From Octopus sinensis (taxonomy: Eukaryota): a stretch of 64,000 bases of DNA. Shown piece by piece: positions 38,459 through 50,129 of the stretch. The notes beneath the pieces were generated by a model. The model did not search any database. It worked only from the letters and a program-made list of their open reading frames with translations, and was not told the origin of the DNA. The stretch spans positions 49,228,001-49,292,000 of the forward strand of contig NC_042997.1 of assembly GCF_006345805.1 (NCBI RefSeq), given 5' to 3'. A program made the position numbers and the translations under genes. Every line of letters begins with the position of its first letter. The first letter of the stretch is position 1.

Positions 38459-39293
38459 TATATTGTAAAAGGCAAATTTACTGTGGTTTTCATGTTGAGA
38501 TAATGTCTTTTATGGACATGCTATGTTTAATAATGTTACATGCAGATCGTCAAGACGGGCAGATTATCTCCAAAACTGATTATATAACAGTTACTTGAGC
38601 CAGTCAGTGATTATAGTGTCCTGATATACGATATTCCAAATGTTCTGCTCAATAGCATCAGATAGCACAGTGACACATACTTATGAAATGATCCCTGAAA
38701 TGTTAAAAAGAGCAAAGTTGCACTTTAAAGGATTCTATAAATAAATAAGAAACAGAACATTTGTTTGCCTGGTGACATTTGAAGTTCAATTTTTGTAAAT
38801 ATCTCTTCCCAGTGTACTTTAATTTTTTACTCTGTTTTCTCTTAAGATTCAAAGCTAATTTCATGTTTTATGTGCTTTTCAATAAGAAGTACACAGAAGA
38901 CTTTCTTTTTTAACTCTTTAGCATTCAGATTACACTCAAATCTAATGCTTATTAATTCACATTGTTTTGAATTAATCTTGCATTATCTCACAGTTTTGCG
39001 ATTTCAATAATGTTTTTATGTCTAGAATGGCATTGTAGGGTAAGTGTGAGAGGCCAGATGGGCTGGATATGGCTGGTTTAAATGCTTAAGGTTTCAAATG
39101 ATATGGCACCAAAATAAAAGAAATGCATAGCTGTGTGGTAAGAAGCTTGCTTCCTAACCACATAGTTCCAAATTCAATCCCACTACATGGCACCTAGGTC
39201 AAGTGTCTTCTACTCTAACTGGGGCCAACCAACGCCTTATGAGTGGATTTGGTAGAGGGAAACTGAAAGAAGCTTGTCATACATACATGTGTG

Positions 39294-39327
<34 letters not shown>

Positions 39328-39329
<2 letters not shown>

Positions 39330-40383
39330 GGTCCACCAGGGTTCAGTACTCAGCCCCCTCCTATTTATCATAGTCCTCCAGGCAATTACGGAGGAATTCA
39401 AGACAGGTTGTCCCTGGGAGCTCCTCTACGCTGACGACCTTGCTCTTATTGCTGAGTCACTATCAGAGCTGGAGGAGAAGTTCCAGGTGTGGAAGGAGGG
39501 TTTAGAATCGAGGGGCCTTAGAGTCAACCTAGCTAAAACCAAAGTACTAATAAGTAGGAAGGTAGACAATCCACAAATGTCTTCAGGAAGATGGCCCTGC
39601 TCGATCTGTAGAAAAGGTGTAGGTAGAAACTCTATAAGATGTACCCAGTGTAAGCTATGGACACATAAGAGGTGCAGCAATGTCAAAGGTAGGCTAACTG
39701 GGAAGATAGTTTTTGTATGTGGCAAATGCTCTGGAGCATTAACCTCCGAAAATCTGCAGAAAATAACTTCCGTCACTTTCCAGGGGGAAAAACTAGAAGT
39801 AGTTGATAGCTTCCGTTATCTAGGTGACCAAGTCAGTAGTGGGGGTGGGTGCGCTGAAAGTGTAACTGCTAGAATAAGAATAGCCTGGGCAAAGTTTAGG
39901 GAGCTCTTACCTCTGCTGGTGACTAAAGGCCTCTCGCTCAGAGTAAAAGGCAGACTGTATGATGCGTGTGTACGAACAGCCATGCTACATGGCAGTGAAA
40001 CATGGGCCGTGACTGCCGAGGACATGCGTAAGCTCGTGAGGAATGAAGCCAGTATGCTCCGATGGATGTGTAATGTCAGTGTACATACTCGACAGAGCGT
40101 TAGCACCTTGAGAGAAATGTTGTACCTAAGAGGCATCAGTTGTGGTGTGCAAGAGAGACGATTGCGCTGGTATGGTCATGTGGCGAGAATGGATGAAGAT
40201 AGGTGTGTGAGAAAGTGCCAATCCTTAGCAGTTGAGGGAACCCGTGGAAGAGGTAGACCCAGGAAAACCTGGGACGAGGTGGTGAAGCACGACCTTCGAA
40301 CTTTAGGCCTCACTGAGGAAATGACCAGCGACCGAGACCTTTGGAAATATTCTGTACGTGAGAAGACCAGGCAGGACAAGTGA
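39328..40383 (+). CDS. RTE reverse transcriptase C-terminal part with inserted PHD-like C4HC3 finger
   Basis: GVHQGSVLSPLLF, LLYADDL (YADD at 39427-39438), GLRVNLAKTK, FRYLG, LHGSETW, RLRWYGHV, RGRGRPRKTW; no stop or frameshift over about 350 codons. The ORF-track start at 39274 is microsatellite read-through. Confidence 0.92.
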
Positions 40384-40467
40384 GCCCAGCCCACTTATGA
40401 ATGCCTTTCCTCCCTTGGACACAAAGACCTGTTGAGGCAAGCGAAGTCGATATAGAACCTCATCCGA

Positions 40468-41210
40468 CGACAGGCACCCATGCCAACCCCCTTTGCTTGC
40501 GAAGACATGTTGGGGCAAGCGAAAGCGAAATCGAATTGAACCAGCCAGGATCCCTGGTCTGGTGGTACGTAAAAAGCACTATCCGACTCGTGGCCGATGC
40601 CAGCGCCGCCTCCACTGGCTTCCGTGCCGGTGGCACGTAAAATACACCAATCTGACCGTACGACAGGCACCCATGCCAACCCCCTTGCTTGCGAAGACAT
40701 GTTGGGGCAAGCGAAATCGAATTGAACCAGCCAGGATCCCTGGTCTGGTGGTACGTAAAATACACCAATCTGACCGTACGACAGGCACCCATGCCAACCC
40801 CCTTGCTTGCGAAGACATGTTGGGGCAAGCGAAAACGAAATCGAATCGAATTGAACCAGCCAGGATCCCTGGTCTGGTGGTACGTAAAAAGCACTATCCG
40901 ACTCGTGGCCGATGCCAGCGCCGCCTCCACTGGCTTCCGTGCCGGTGGCACGTAAAATACACCAATCTGACCGTACGACAGGCACCCATGCCAACCCCCT
41001 TGCTTGCGAAGACATGTTGGGGAAATCGAAATTGAATTGAACCAGCCAGGATCCCTGGTCTGGTGGTACGTAAAAAGCACTATCCGACTCGTGGCTGATG
41101 CCAGCACCCCCTCGTTTGGCTTCCGTGCAGGTGGCACATAAAATACACCAATCCGACCGTGGCCGTTGCCAGCCTCGCCTGGCACCTGTGCAGGTGGCAC
41201 GTAAAAAGCA
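40468..41210 (+). repeat. Modular tandem array in the RTE 3'UTR
   Basis: Unit A (CGACAGGCACCCATGCC...) starts at 40468, 40661, 40779 and 40976, interleaved with shorter units; modules end in GGTGG(C/T)ACGTAAAA. Confidence 0.9.
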
Positions 41211-41840
41211 CCCACTACACTCACGGAGTGGTTGGCGTTAGGAAGGGCATCCAGCTGTAGAAACACTGCCAGATAAGACTGGAGCCTGGTGCAGCCTTCT
41301 GGCTTTCCAGATCCCCGGTCGAACCGTCCAACCCATGCTAGCATGGAGAACGGACGTTAAACGATGATGATGATGATGATGATAGCTATGTCTGTCTTTG
41401 TGTTGTCCCCCGCCCCACTGCTTTATATCCTTGTAAATTAGCAGTTCAGCAAAAGAGACCGATAGAATAAGTACTAAGCTTCAACTGGGGTTGATTTGTT
41501 CGACTAAAATTCTTCAGGGCAGTGCCCCAGCATGGCCACAGTCAAATGACTGAAACACGTAAAAGAATTCCAAAATATTACACAGTGTCATTTTTATGAA
41601 CAAGTGTGAAATAAAACAAATATAAATTTAGAAATTAATTAAAATTTTAATTTTATTTAATTCTTCATTATTTCAAAGGCCGTGCCATTTCAGCAGAAAT
41701 GTTGTAACAAAAGGTTTACACCCAGATGAGCAACAATTCAGCAGACCCAAGGCCAACAGTACTCCAGTCATAACCATCCTGCCTTTACAAGGTATAGTGT
41801 GTATTCAACACTATATTATCTAAGATAGACTCATCTCATA

Positions 41841-42240
41841 TCTTTATATATAAAAGTGAGGTTGTGTGCTGTCTGTCTCCTACGATTTAGATTCCTAACT
41901 ACTCCCACATTTTGCGGTGCAGTTTAACCAAAACTGGGTATCTTATAGTCGTGATTCATATCGAGCCCTTCTGGGTATTAGCGTGCGTCTACGATGAGTC
42001 TACGATTTAAAAAAAAATTTACCATCATTTTTTCCATTTTAATGCACTTTTTCGCTATTATATAAGGGAAGTAACCCTCTAAAAATGTCTACGATGAGTC
42101 AACGATTTTTTAAAAAATTTACTATAATTTTTTTTTCCATTTTTAATGCATTTTTTTGCTATTTTTGGCTATAACTCTCTAAAAATGCTTATATAGTTAT
42201 TTCCCTTACAAACCCGAGCAACGCCGGGCGATACTGCTAG
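41841..42240 (+). mobile_element. Non-autonomous Helitron H1
   Basis: A|TC start, subterminal hairpin CCCGAGCAACGCCGGG, CTAG|T end, no TSD; internal tandem repeat of about 100 bp. Confidence 0.8.
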
Positions 42241-43394
42241 TTGTATATAAAAGACAGGAGTCATTTTAGGGAAACTCGGCAGCTATTTCTAACAGATTGA
42301 ATGACTATGCAGAGGCTCCCACCTTAGCTCAACTTAAGTAATAGTTGCTTTTAGATTTCAGTCAACTTCAATGAAGAAAGAGCTCTATGATCAAGAGAGA
42401 TATCAGCTATAACTCCCTACTTTTACACCCTTAAATGGTAGATTTGAGATCACATTATGACAGGGTGGGACTTGAAGAAGATTGGGTTGCTATTTCTAAA
42501 ATGCCAAATAAACAAATTAACCACATGCATGCAGTCAAGATCTAAACCATCGACATCTGAACCACAAATTATTTCAGGTGTTTTCAGATTATAAAATTAT
42601 AGAAAAAAAAAAACAAAAAATAATCTCAAATAGATTTGCCAAGAACAAGTAATAATTTGAAGACAAACCACTTCACTAAGACAACAAACACATTCTGGAA
42701 ACTTCTGTTATGACAGACAATATTTAAAATAGGTGACATTTCAATGTAAATCCTGCCAGCTGCATTTGGAAATAAAGGTGCCCCAAGAAGACACAACTAA
42801 ACTAGATATATTTTTAGGGCCTAGTGTTAATGGACACTGTCAATTCTGTTTTTCATCATCATCATTTAACGTCTGCTTTCCATGCTAGCATGGGTTCGAC
42901 GATTTTGACTAAGGGCTGGCGAACCAGATGGCTGCACCACGCTCCAATCTTGATCTGGCAGAGTTTCTACAGCTGGATGCCCAAATTTGGAATTTTGCTA
43001 TTCACTATCATTCAGGCCAATCCTTTCAGTCGATACCACAGTACTCAATACAGGGTTCTGCATTTGCATATCTTGTTTCAATTAATTTTGATTTTTAAGT
43101 TATGGCACAAGGCCAGCAATTTTGGAGAAGAGGACAAGTTGATTACATTGACCCCAGTATTCAACTGGTACTTATTTTATTGGCTCCAAAAGGATGAAAG
43201 GCAAAGTCAACCTTGGCAGAATTTGAACACAGAACATAAAGTTGGACAAAATTCCACTAACCATTTTGCCTAGTGTTCTAATGATTCTGCCAGCTCACTG
43301 CCTCTTTGAAAATAATGAAAAATTTTATATGGTGTTTGGAACATAAATTAAGAAATTCTTTAAGGAAGCTTTAAATGTAGATTATGTTAAAGCA

Positions 43395-43452
43395 AGAAGT
43401 TTTGCATCACAGAGCCAGGGTTAGAAGTTTTGCATCACAGAGCCAGGGTTAG
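43395..43452 (+). repeat. Perfect 28-bp tandem duplication
   Basis: AGAAGTTTTGCATCACAGAGCCAGGGTT x2. Confidence 0.9.
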
Positions 43453-43637
43453 TTACAAATGAGTTGTTATCAAGAGAGTCAGTGTCAATACATAGAAATC
43501 AAGTTAGAACATTAGTTAGATTTACGGTTGTAGTCATATAGACAGTTTTATTTACATGTTGTTGCTGTTTTTATGTAGCTTCAGGTTAGCTTTGATCCAG
43601 CAAGTACCATAATAAAATACAAGTTTGGACTGCGACT

Positions 43638-43879
43638 AAGGCAACAAGCTGGCAGAAACGTTAGCACGCCGGGCAAAATGCTTAGCGGTATTTCGTCTGC
43701 CGCTACATTCTGAGTTCAAATTCCGCCGAGGTTGACATTGCCTTTCATCCTTTCGGGTCGATTAAATAAGTACCAGTTAGGCACTGGAGTTAATATAATC
43801 GATTTCATCCATTTGTTTGTCCTTGTTTGTCCTCTCTGTGTTTAGCCCTTTGTGGGTAGTAAAGAAATAAATAAGAAAT
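43638..43879 (+). mobile_element. SINE-A1
   Basis: Head to tail; TSD AAGTTTGGACT at 43621-43631/43880-43890. Confidence 0.87.
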
Positions 43880-44896
43880 AAGTTTGGACTATGACTGCTC
43901 AAGTATTTTTTTTTTGTTTTTGCTAATGAGGGTAGGCTCTGATTTGAAGGATATTTGACTGTTATTCTTACAACATTTGGCTATTTTACGATAACATTTA
44001 ACACTTTAGTATTCAGATTACTTTGTGGAAAAGTAATCCTTATTTATTCATATCTTTAAAATTAATCTGGTATTTTCTTGTAGCTTCAAGATTTGAAAGA
44101 TGTAATTGTCTATTTTTAGAATGACATAGCAGGATAGGTGTGAGATGCTGGCTCTGGCCAGTCTGAGCATAAAATGAGTAGAATATTTGTGCCAGGTACA
44201 GCCAGTTTAAACACTTTAAGGCAGCAAGCTGGGAGAATTGCAAGCTTGCCAGATAAAATGCTTAGCAGCATTTCTTCCCGTTAAGGTCATCTTTGCCTTT
44301 CATCCTTTCAGGGTTAATAAAAGATACCAGTTGAACACTGGGGCTAATGTAATCAACAGCCTCCTCCCTCAAAGTTTCAGGCCTTGTACATACACTAGAA
44401 AGAATTCAAATACTATATCACTTGGTTGTAAGTCAAGATACCATATAGAAGCCACTCTCTCTTCTCACCCCACCTGTTAGCACATTTGTTTACAAGGTAA
44501 TCAAAGGAACATAAATACTGTAATTGGAAGTGGACTAGCAGAATTGTTAAAGCACTGGACATAATGCCTTGTGGCATTAGTTCCAAATCTTAATGTTCTA
44601 TGTTCGAACCCTATTCAAGTCCATTTTCCATTTTTTTCAGGTTTGATAGAATAAAGTACCATTCAAGAACCAGAGTCAACCCTGGGTACTTGAACGGTAA
44701 TTCATTCTATCATTGACTTTATTCTATAATTGACAAAACCTGTGTGCCTGAAAGTTCCTGGTCTTCTGTCTCTATTAAAAAGCAATTATTATATTTGGTT
44801 GTCGGGCAGGCAGCCATGTAGTGGTTTCCCCATTAGCACATTTGTTTGCAATGTAATCAAAGGATCTCTGACAAATACTCTAACTGGAGTGGCAGT

Positions 44897-44950
<54 letters not shown>

Positions 44951-45128
44951 CGCATGTTTGTAAGTATGTAATAAATGTGTGTGTGTATGTACATAAATAC
45001 TGCATCAGGACAGCTGATGCCTGACTACCTAAGTATGAGAAAACATGATAAAGTCAAAATTTTCACAGAAAACTGACCCAGATAAAAGGACACACACACT
45101 TATACACACATGTGTGTGTGTGTGTGTA

Positions 45129-45161
<33 letters not shown>

Positions 45162-45534
45162 TTGACAATGATATTCATCATGAATTATTTCCTTTTTCTT
45201 TCACCTATTTAATTTTATTTTTAGTTGTAACCCAATTAAACCCCAATCCAAAAGACCTAATTTTTCAACTGCTAATCATGGTCAAGATCATGATATATGG
45301 ACAACAATGTTCACCAAACAACAGAGCATAATACATTACAACATTGCCAGGTGTATATTATGATGTATATTAGCAGTGACATGCCATGGAGCTTTTAGGT
45401 GGCACATGATGTACCTTGAAAAAGAAAAACTTCCAGCAATATGGTGTTATAAAATACTTCTTTATAATCATTTACCGGAAATCAAAATACTAGTGTACAT
45501 GAAAGGGGTACTCACTCCTGTTACATGATTATTG

Positions 45535-45790
45535 AAAGTGAGAATCATAGAACAAGATGGGGACAACGAAAAACCTGGCTGATGACAGTCAAGGCTGATC
45601 TGGAACCCAACCTAGGCCTCCATATCTACGGCGTTCACCACTAGAATAAGGAGTGGTTGGAGATCATGCAGTCGTTAGCCTCAAATCGCCAGGCCTGGTC
45701 GGCATTTGTGAGAGATGCAGCATTGAGGATGAATGAAGCCAGCTCAACCCACCCCGGGTGAATGCTGTAAGAAGAACAAGAACAAGATGA
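45535..45790 (+). mobile_element. RTE 3' fragment of a further lineage
   Basis: GQRKTWLMTVKADLEP...SLASNRQAWSAFVRDA...ASSTHPG* followed by an AAGAAC-repeat tail. Confidence 0.7.
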
Positions 45791-46165
45791 GGTGTGGTTT
45801 TGTAGTTAAGAAGATTGTTTCCCAACCATGTGGTCTTGGGTTCAATCCCACTGCATGACACTTTGGGGCAGTGTCTTCAAGTATAGCTCTATGACAACTA
45901 AAGCCTTATCAGTGGATTTGGTGGACAGAAACTGAAAGAAGCCCATCATTTGTATATATGTATTATGTGTGTGTGTGTCTTTGTATTGTTTGTCCTCCAC
46001 CATTGCTTGATAACTAATATTGGCTTGCTTACATCCCCATAACTTAACAGTTCAGCAAAAGAGACTGACAGTATAAGTATGAGGTTTAGAAAATAAGTAT
46101 TGGGGTCGATTTATTCAACTAAAACCTTCGAAAAAGTGTCTCAACGTAGTTGGAGTCCAACGACT
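45790..46165 (+). mobile_element. Diverged SINE-B, tail T1
   Basis: Head, CORE-like motif, linker and T1 tail recognisable. Confidence 0.72.
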
Positions 46166-46999
46166 GTGAATGTTATCTAGTATATGTAAATCACAGTAGG
46201 TGTGTGTATAATGACTAACGCATACATTTCCACAATTCTCAACTGATTTTCACCAAACTATACATACACATTAACTACGTCACAAGGATGGTCATGCACT
46301 ATAATATTTTTCCCAGAGCTCTTGCATAAATGGATGTAGTTCTTTTGTATGTAGGGTCTTTCATACTTATTTTTACAAAGAATAAGTCCGGAGTCAATTT
46401 GCTCAACTAAAGGCGGTGCTCCAGCATGGCTGCAGTCTAATGACTGAAACAAGTAAAAGAGAGAGTCAAAAATATTTTATGTATTGTAGAAATATAACCT
46501 ATTTCTTGTACATAAACTTTAATAACAAAATCTTATATGGACCTCCAAGGGTGACATGGACCATTGTTGAGAACCACTGCTGGGGTCACTGTCACAGACA
46601 TAGAAAATAGCCTCTACTTCCTCAAAGTAGCTATAGCCACCTGCATAATGTTTTCACCTAACACTTTGTTTAGTTTATCTTCCTGACAATTTATGTATAT
46701 CACCTCCCAGACCCTACACCAAATATTTAACCCAGTTTTTCTTCTGCAGCCGATTATAGATCAGTTCAGTCAGAATTCAGCTGCCAGCAACACTAGCACT
46801 GATTGAGTAGACCTACAGTAAAATGTGCCCCAAATGTGACCATCCCATCTTTATTTTTTTCATGCACAGGATTTAAGAATGACATGGTCGAGTGTATTTT
46901 CCTTTCATAACATGATAGGCTTGTACCTTTGAAGGAGATTTAGCTTATTATTTTCACAAAGGTGAATGAGTACTTTGAGTCTAGCTTAGATGTTATTTA

Positions 47000-47057
<58 letters not shown>

Positions 47058-47061
47058 TATA

Positions 47062-47168
47062 TAATTATAATTAAGGACACCGGAGGGCCATTTAGTGTTG
47101 CTTATAGACATTTGACATCTACTTCTAGCGCATTGGCATTGGCCCGGCGGTGTCCTTAATTATAATTA
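47062..47168. mobile_element. 107-bp palindromic mini-MITE
   Basis: Perfect 20-bp inverted repeat TAATTATAATTAAGGACACC at 47062-81/47149-68, extending to about 30 bp with 2 mismatches. Confidence 0.72.
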
Positions 47169-47368
47169 GATACTTAAAAATTAATTTTACCAATATGGTT
47201 ATTTTTATATACCAGATATATTAAATGGAAGATCCAAGGAGCGAGGTGTAGGAAGAAAGTGAGCTTCAAGCAATCCATAGTAAATATATTCAATCAATCT
47301 CATCGAATCCTCCGTGTGTTAACACGGGCCTCCTAACAACAAAAGTAAACTTCATTTAATCAAGATAC

Positions 47369-47460
47369 CCTTGGTCTGAAGAATAGCCTGTAGTATACAC
47401 CTCATTTGGACATTTACCACATCCGAGGTTCCACTCACTATGAAACATATGTAGCCCAGA
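47369..47460 (+). ncRNA. Type I hammerhead ribozyme motif with extended helix II (family P4)
   Basis: CTGAAGA 47376-47382; helix II ATAG/CTAT (47383-86/47438-41); GAAA 47442-45; palindromic helix III ACATATGT 47445-52; GUA site after 47453; short helix I ggt/gcc. Confidence 0.7.
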
Positions 47461-47984
47461 ATTTATCTACACCATTCTTTGAATCTTGGATATATATATA
47501 TATATAGGTGCAGGTATGACTGTGTGGATAGGCACAGATATGGCTGTGTGGAAAGGTGCTTGCTTCCTAATCACATGGTTCTGGGTTCAGTCCCACTGAG
47601 TGGCACCTTGGACAAGTGTCTTTTACTACAGCCTCAGGCTGACAGAAGCCTTGTGAGTGGATTTCATAGATGGAAACTGAAAGAAGCCTGACATGTGTGT
47701 TTGTGTCTGTATATGTGTGTCTGGCAACAACTACGCTCAAATGGTGCCTTTTACATGCCACCAGCATGGGAACCAGTCAGGCAGCACTGGCAGTGACCAT
47801 GCTAAAATGGTGCATTTTATGTGCCAGAAGCATGGGAACCAGTCCAGTGGGACTAATGGATAGTTTGGAGAAAAGCACATAGGTTACAACATGATCAAAA
47901 AATAACTATAACTGTATATATGTACATATATATATATGGATGGGTAATGGTCAGTATGCATTTACAACATAGTGCAAGTGATTT

Positions 47985-48230
47985 GAGAGAAAAACTGAGT
48001 ATATGGGGCATTATATGTAGTGTGCAAGAGAGAAGACTGAGCTGGTATAGTCACGTGATGCATATGAATGAAGACAGTTGCATCAAGAAGTGCTGAGCTC
48101 TAATTGTGGAGGGAACATGTGGAAGAGGTAGACCCAGGCAGACATGGGATGAAGTGGTGAGAAAAGATCTTCAGAGCGCTACACAGAGGAGATGACAGGG
48201 GAACTGTGCTTGAGAAGACATTTCAAGCTA
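47985..48230 (+). mobile_element. Degenerate R1-related RTE ORF end (another at about 11180-11345)
   Basis: VQERRLSWYSHVM..EDSCIKKC..LIVEGTCGRGRPRQTWDEVVRKDL is homologous to the 40150-40300 peptide. Confidence 0.75.
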
Positions 48231-50129
48231 AGTAAATATATGGTCAGCCTTGCATACAAGCATATCCCTGCATCCCTCTTCAGCTGAGCATTCCTAATCT
48301 CATGGGCTTATGGGCGTTGGTGCCAAGTAAAAAGCACCCATGTCACTGTCATGTAAAAGCAGCTGTTCCACTTTGTAAAGTGGTTGGCATTAGGAGGGGC
48401 ATCCAGCCTTAGAAACCATGCCAAAACAGACATGGAGCCCAGGCAGCTCTCCAGCTGGCCAACTCTGGTCAAATTGTCCAACCCATGCAAACATGGAAAA
48501 CAGATGTTAAATGATGATGAGATCAAAAATGGAAGATGAACAAGCAAAGCATTTGTGCATTACTCAAGGATATTTACTTCAAATTAAAGAGGACAAATAG
48601 AGTATAAAGTATAGATAAAGCATAGAACAGTTATAGTAGATAAGTAAAGTCTCAACATCTGTTTCTGGAATAACTGGGCAAATGGGTCATGTTAATGTGT
48701 AATGAATTCCATCATTAGAGAGATCGATGTAAAGTAGTAGAGAAACTCTATATTGCGTTACCTCGGTCTCTCCAATGATAAGATACTTGGATTATATGAA
48801 TTAATGACCCACTAAGTTACAGGGATACAAAAAAATTGACACAAGTTGTCAAGCTGACAAAAAGAGGTATACACACACACACACACAAATTTTAAATCTT
48901 TCCTGAGCCTGGATTCTGTTATGTATGTATTGCCCACCTGGATTGGATGCCAGTCCATCTCAGGATTGCTCATTTTGCCTGTTGAGTGAACTAGAATACT
49001 GTTTAATGAAGTGTTTTTCTCAAGAACAAAACACATCAGCCAGTCCAGGATTCAAAACCACAATCTTATGATGAAGAGTGCAATATCCGAACAACTAAGC
49101 AACACATCTTCACGCACGCGCACACACACACACACACACACAGCAGGCTTCAGTACAATTTCTATTTACCAAATTCACTTGCAAAGCATTAATCATCCTC
49201 GAGTTTTTGATCAATGCACTTACGCAAGGTACTGTGCAGTGAAACTGAACCTGAGACCACATGGTTGTAAAGTGATCATTAAATGCATGATTCATGTCAG
49301 AAGAATTATATCTAATAAGAATACAGACTGTCTCCATAATAAGCTTAGTTTTAAGTAGGGTAGCAGAGATTCAATCCACCCCTGTTATTTATTTATATAT
49401 TTACACATTTATTGATATTTATGCCACATTTCACGTCAAAGTTAATAAAGAAAAATAAGAAAGAAAATAACATAAACAAACATATATAAAAAATTAAAAG
49501 CTGTGTAAATGTGAATGCGTCAGGAGGTTAGTGTCTGGAAATGTAAGTTAGGAGTGTTTCCAATGACCTACTACAGGTAGGTGACTATATTCAGGACAGT
49601 GCAGTTCAAACACACGTACACACCACACACATATATGTGATACATATATAGATAGATAGATATGTATATATGTGTGTGTGTGTGTGTGTACATATACACA
49701 CACGTAACATTTATAGGTCAATAGTCTGCTGTATTTACACTATATAATTAAGGCGAAGTCTTCTATTTTAGGTTCTCTATTCTGTTTTGTTACAGAATTT
49801 GTATGCTTGGAATAGACAAGATTTTCAGTAAAACTAAAATTTTCCCAAACTTTCTCTCTCTCACACACACATTTATTAATATTCAAAGCTTTGTCCCACA
49901 GTTTACTGACCATATGGAATACTCAGCCAGTTGTCACTGAACGTCTGGGAATGATTTCATGAAAGCCAAAATCATGCAAAGTAATGAATGAAGTGAAATT
50001 CACAGTCAAATGCACAATTCATATTACTAATAAACACATATATGCATGTATTTTAGTATGCAAATTACACATATATTCTAAATAGGTGTTGTTTATACAT
50101 AGCACCTTGAAGGTTGTTGTATCTACTGT

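Larger units (their letters stand above)
39328..41383 (+). mobile_element. 5'-truncated young RTE-clade LINE (family R1) with long 3'UTR and (GAT)n tail
   Basis: Open RT ORF to 40383, then a modular 3'UTR, the conserved end GGTTGGCGTTAGGAAGGGCATCCAGCTG...GGACGTTAAAC and (GAT)7 at 41363-41383. Confidence 0.93.
39122..41570 (+). mobile_element. CORE-type tRNA SINE (SINE-B) interrupted by the R1 RTE
   Basis: Head and CORE-like part at 39122-39285, (TA)n linker to 39327; the SINE tail resumes at about 41385 (gcaaaagagaccgatagaataagtac...tgactgaaacacgtaaaaga). Confidence 0.8.

Noticed and set aside
39426-40394. Minus-strand ORFs opposite the RT
   Set aside because: Antisense shadows of the RT reading frame.
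40395-41344. Long ORFs (206, 294 and 180 aa) over the RTE 3'UTR
   Set aside because: Peptides are internally repetitive translations of the GC-rich tandem array in several frames; no domain motif.
44477-44895. About 60-bp imperfect direct repeat (44477-44535 and 44833-44895)
   Set aside because: Too diverged and short to distinguish LTR-like ends from an old local duplication; no internal features.
46560-46582. hAT-like terminal sequence GTTGAGAACCACTG
   Set aside because: Only one end found; no partner TIR or 8-bp TSD.
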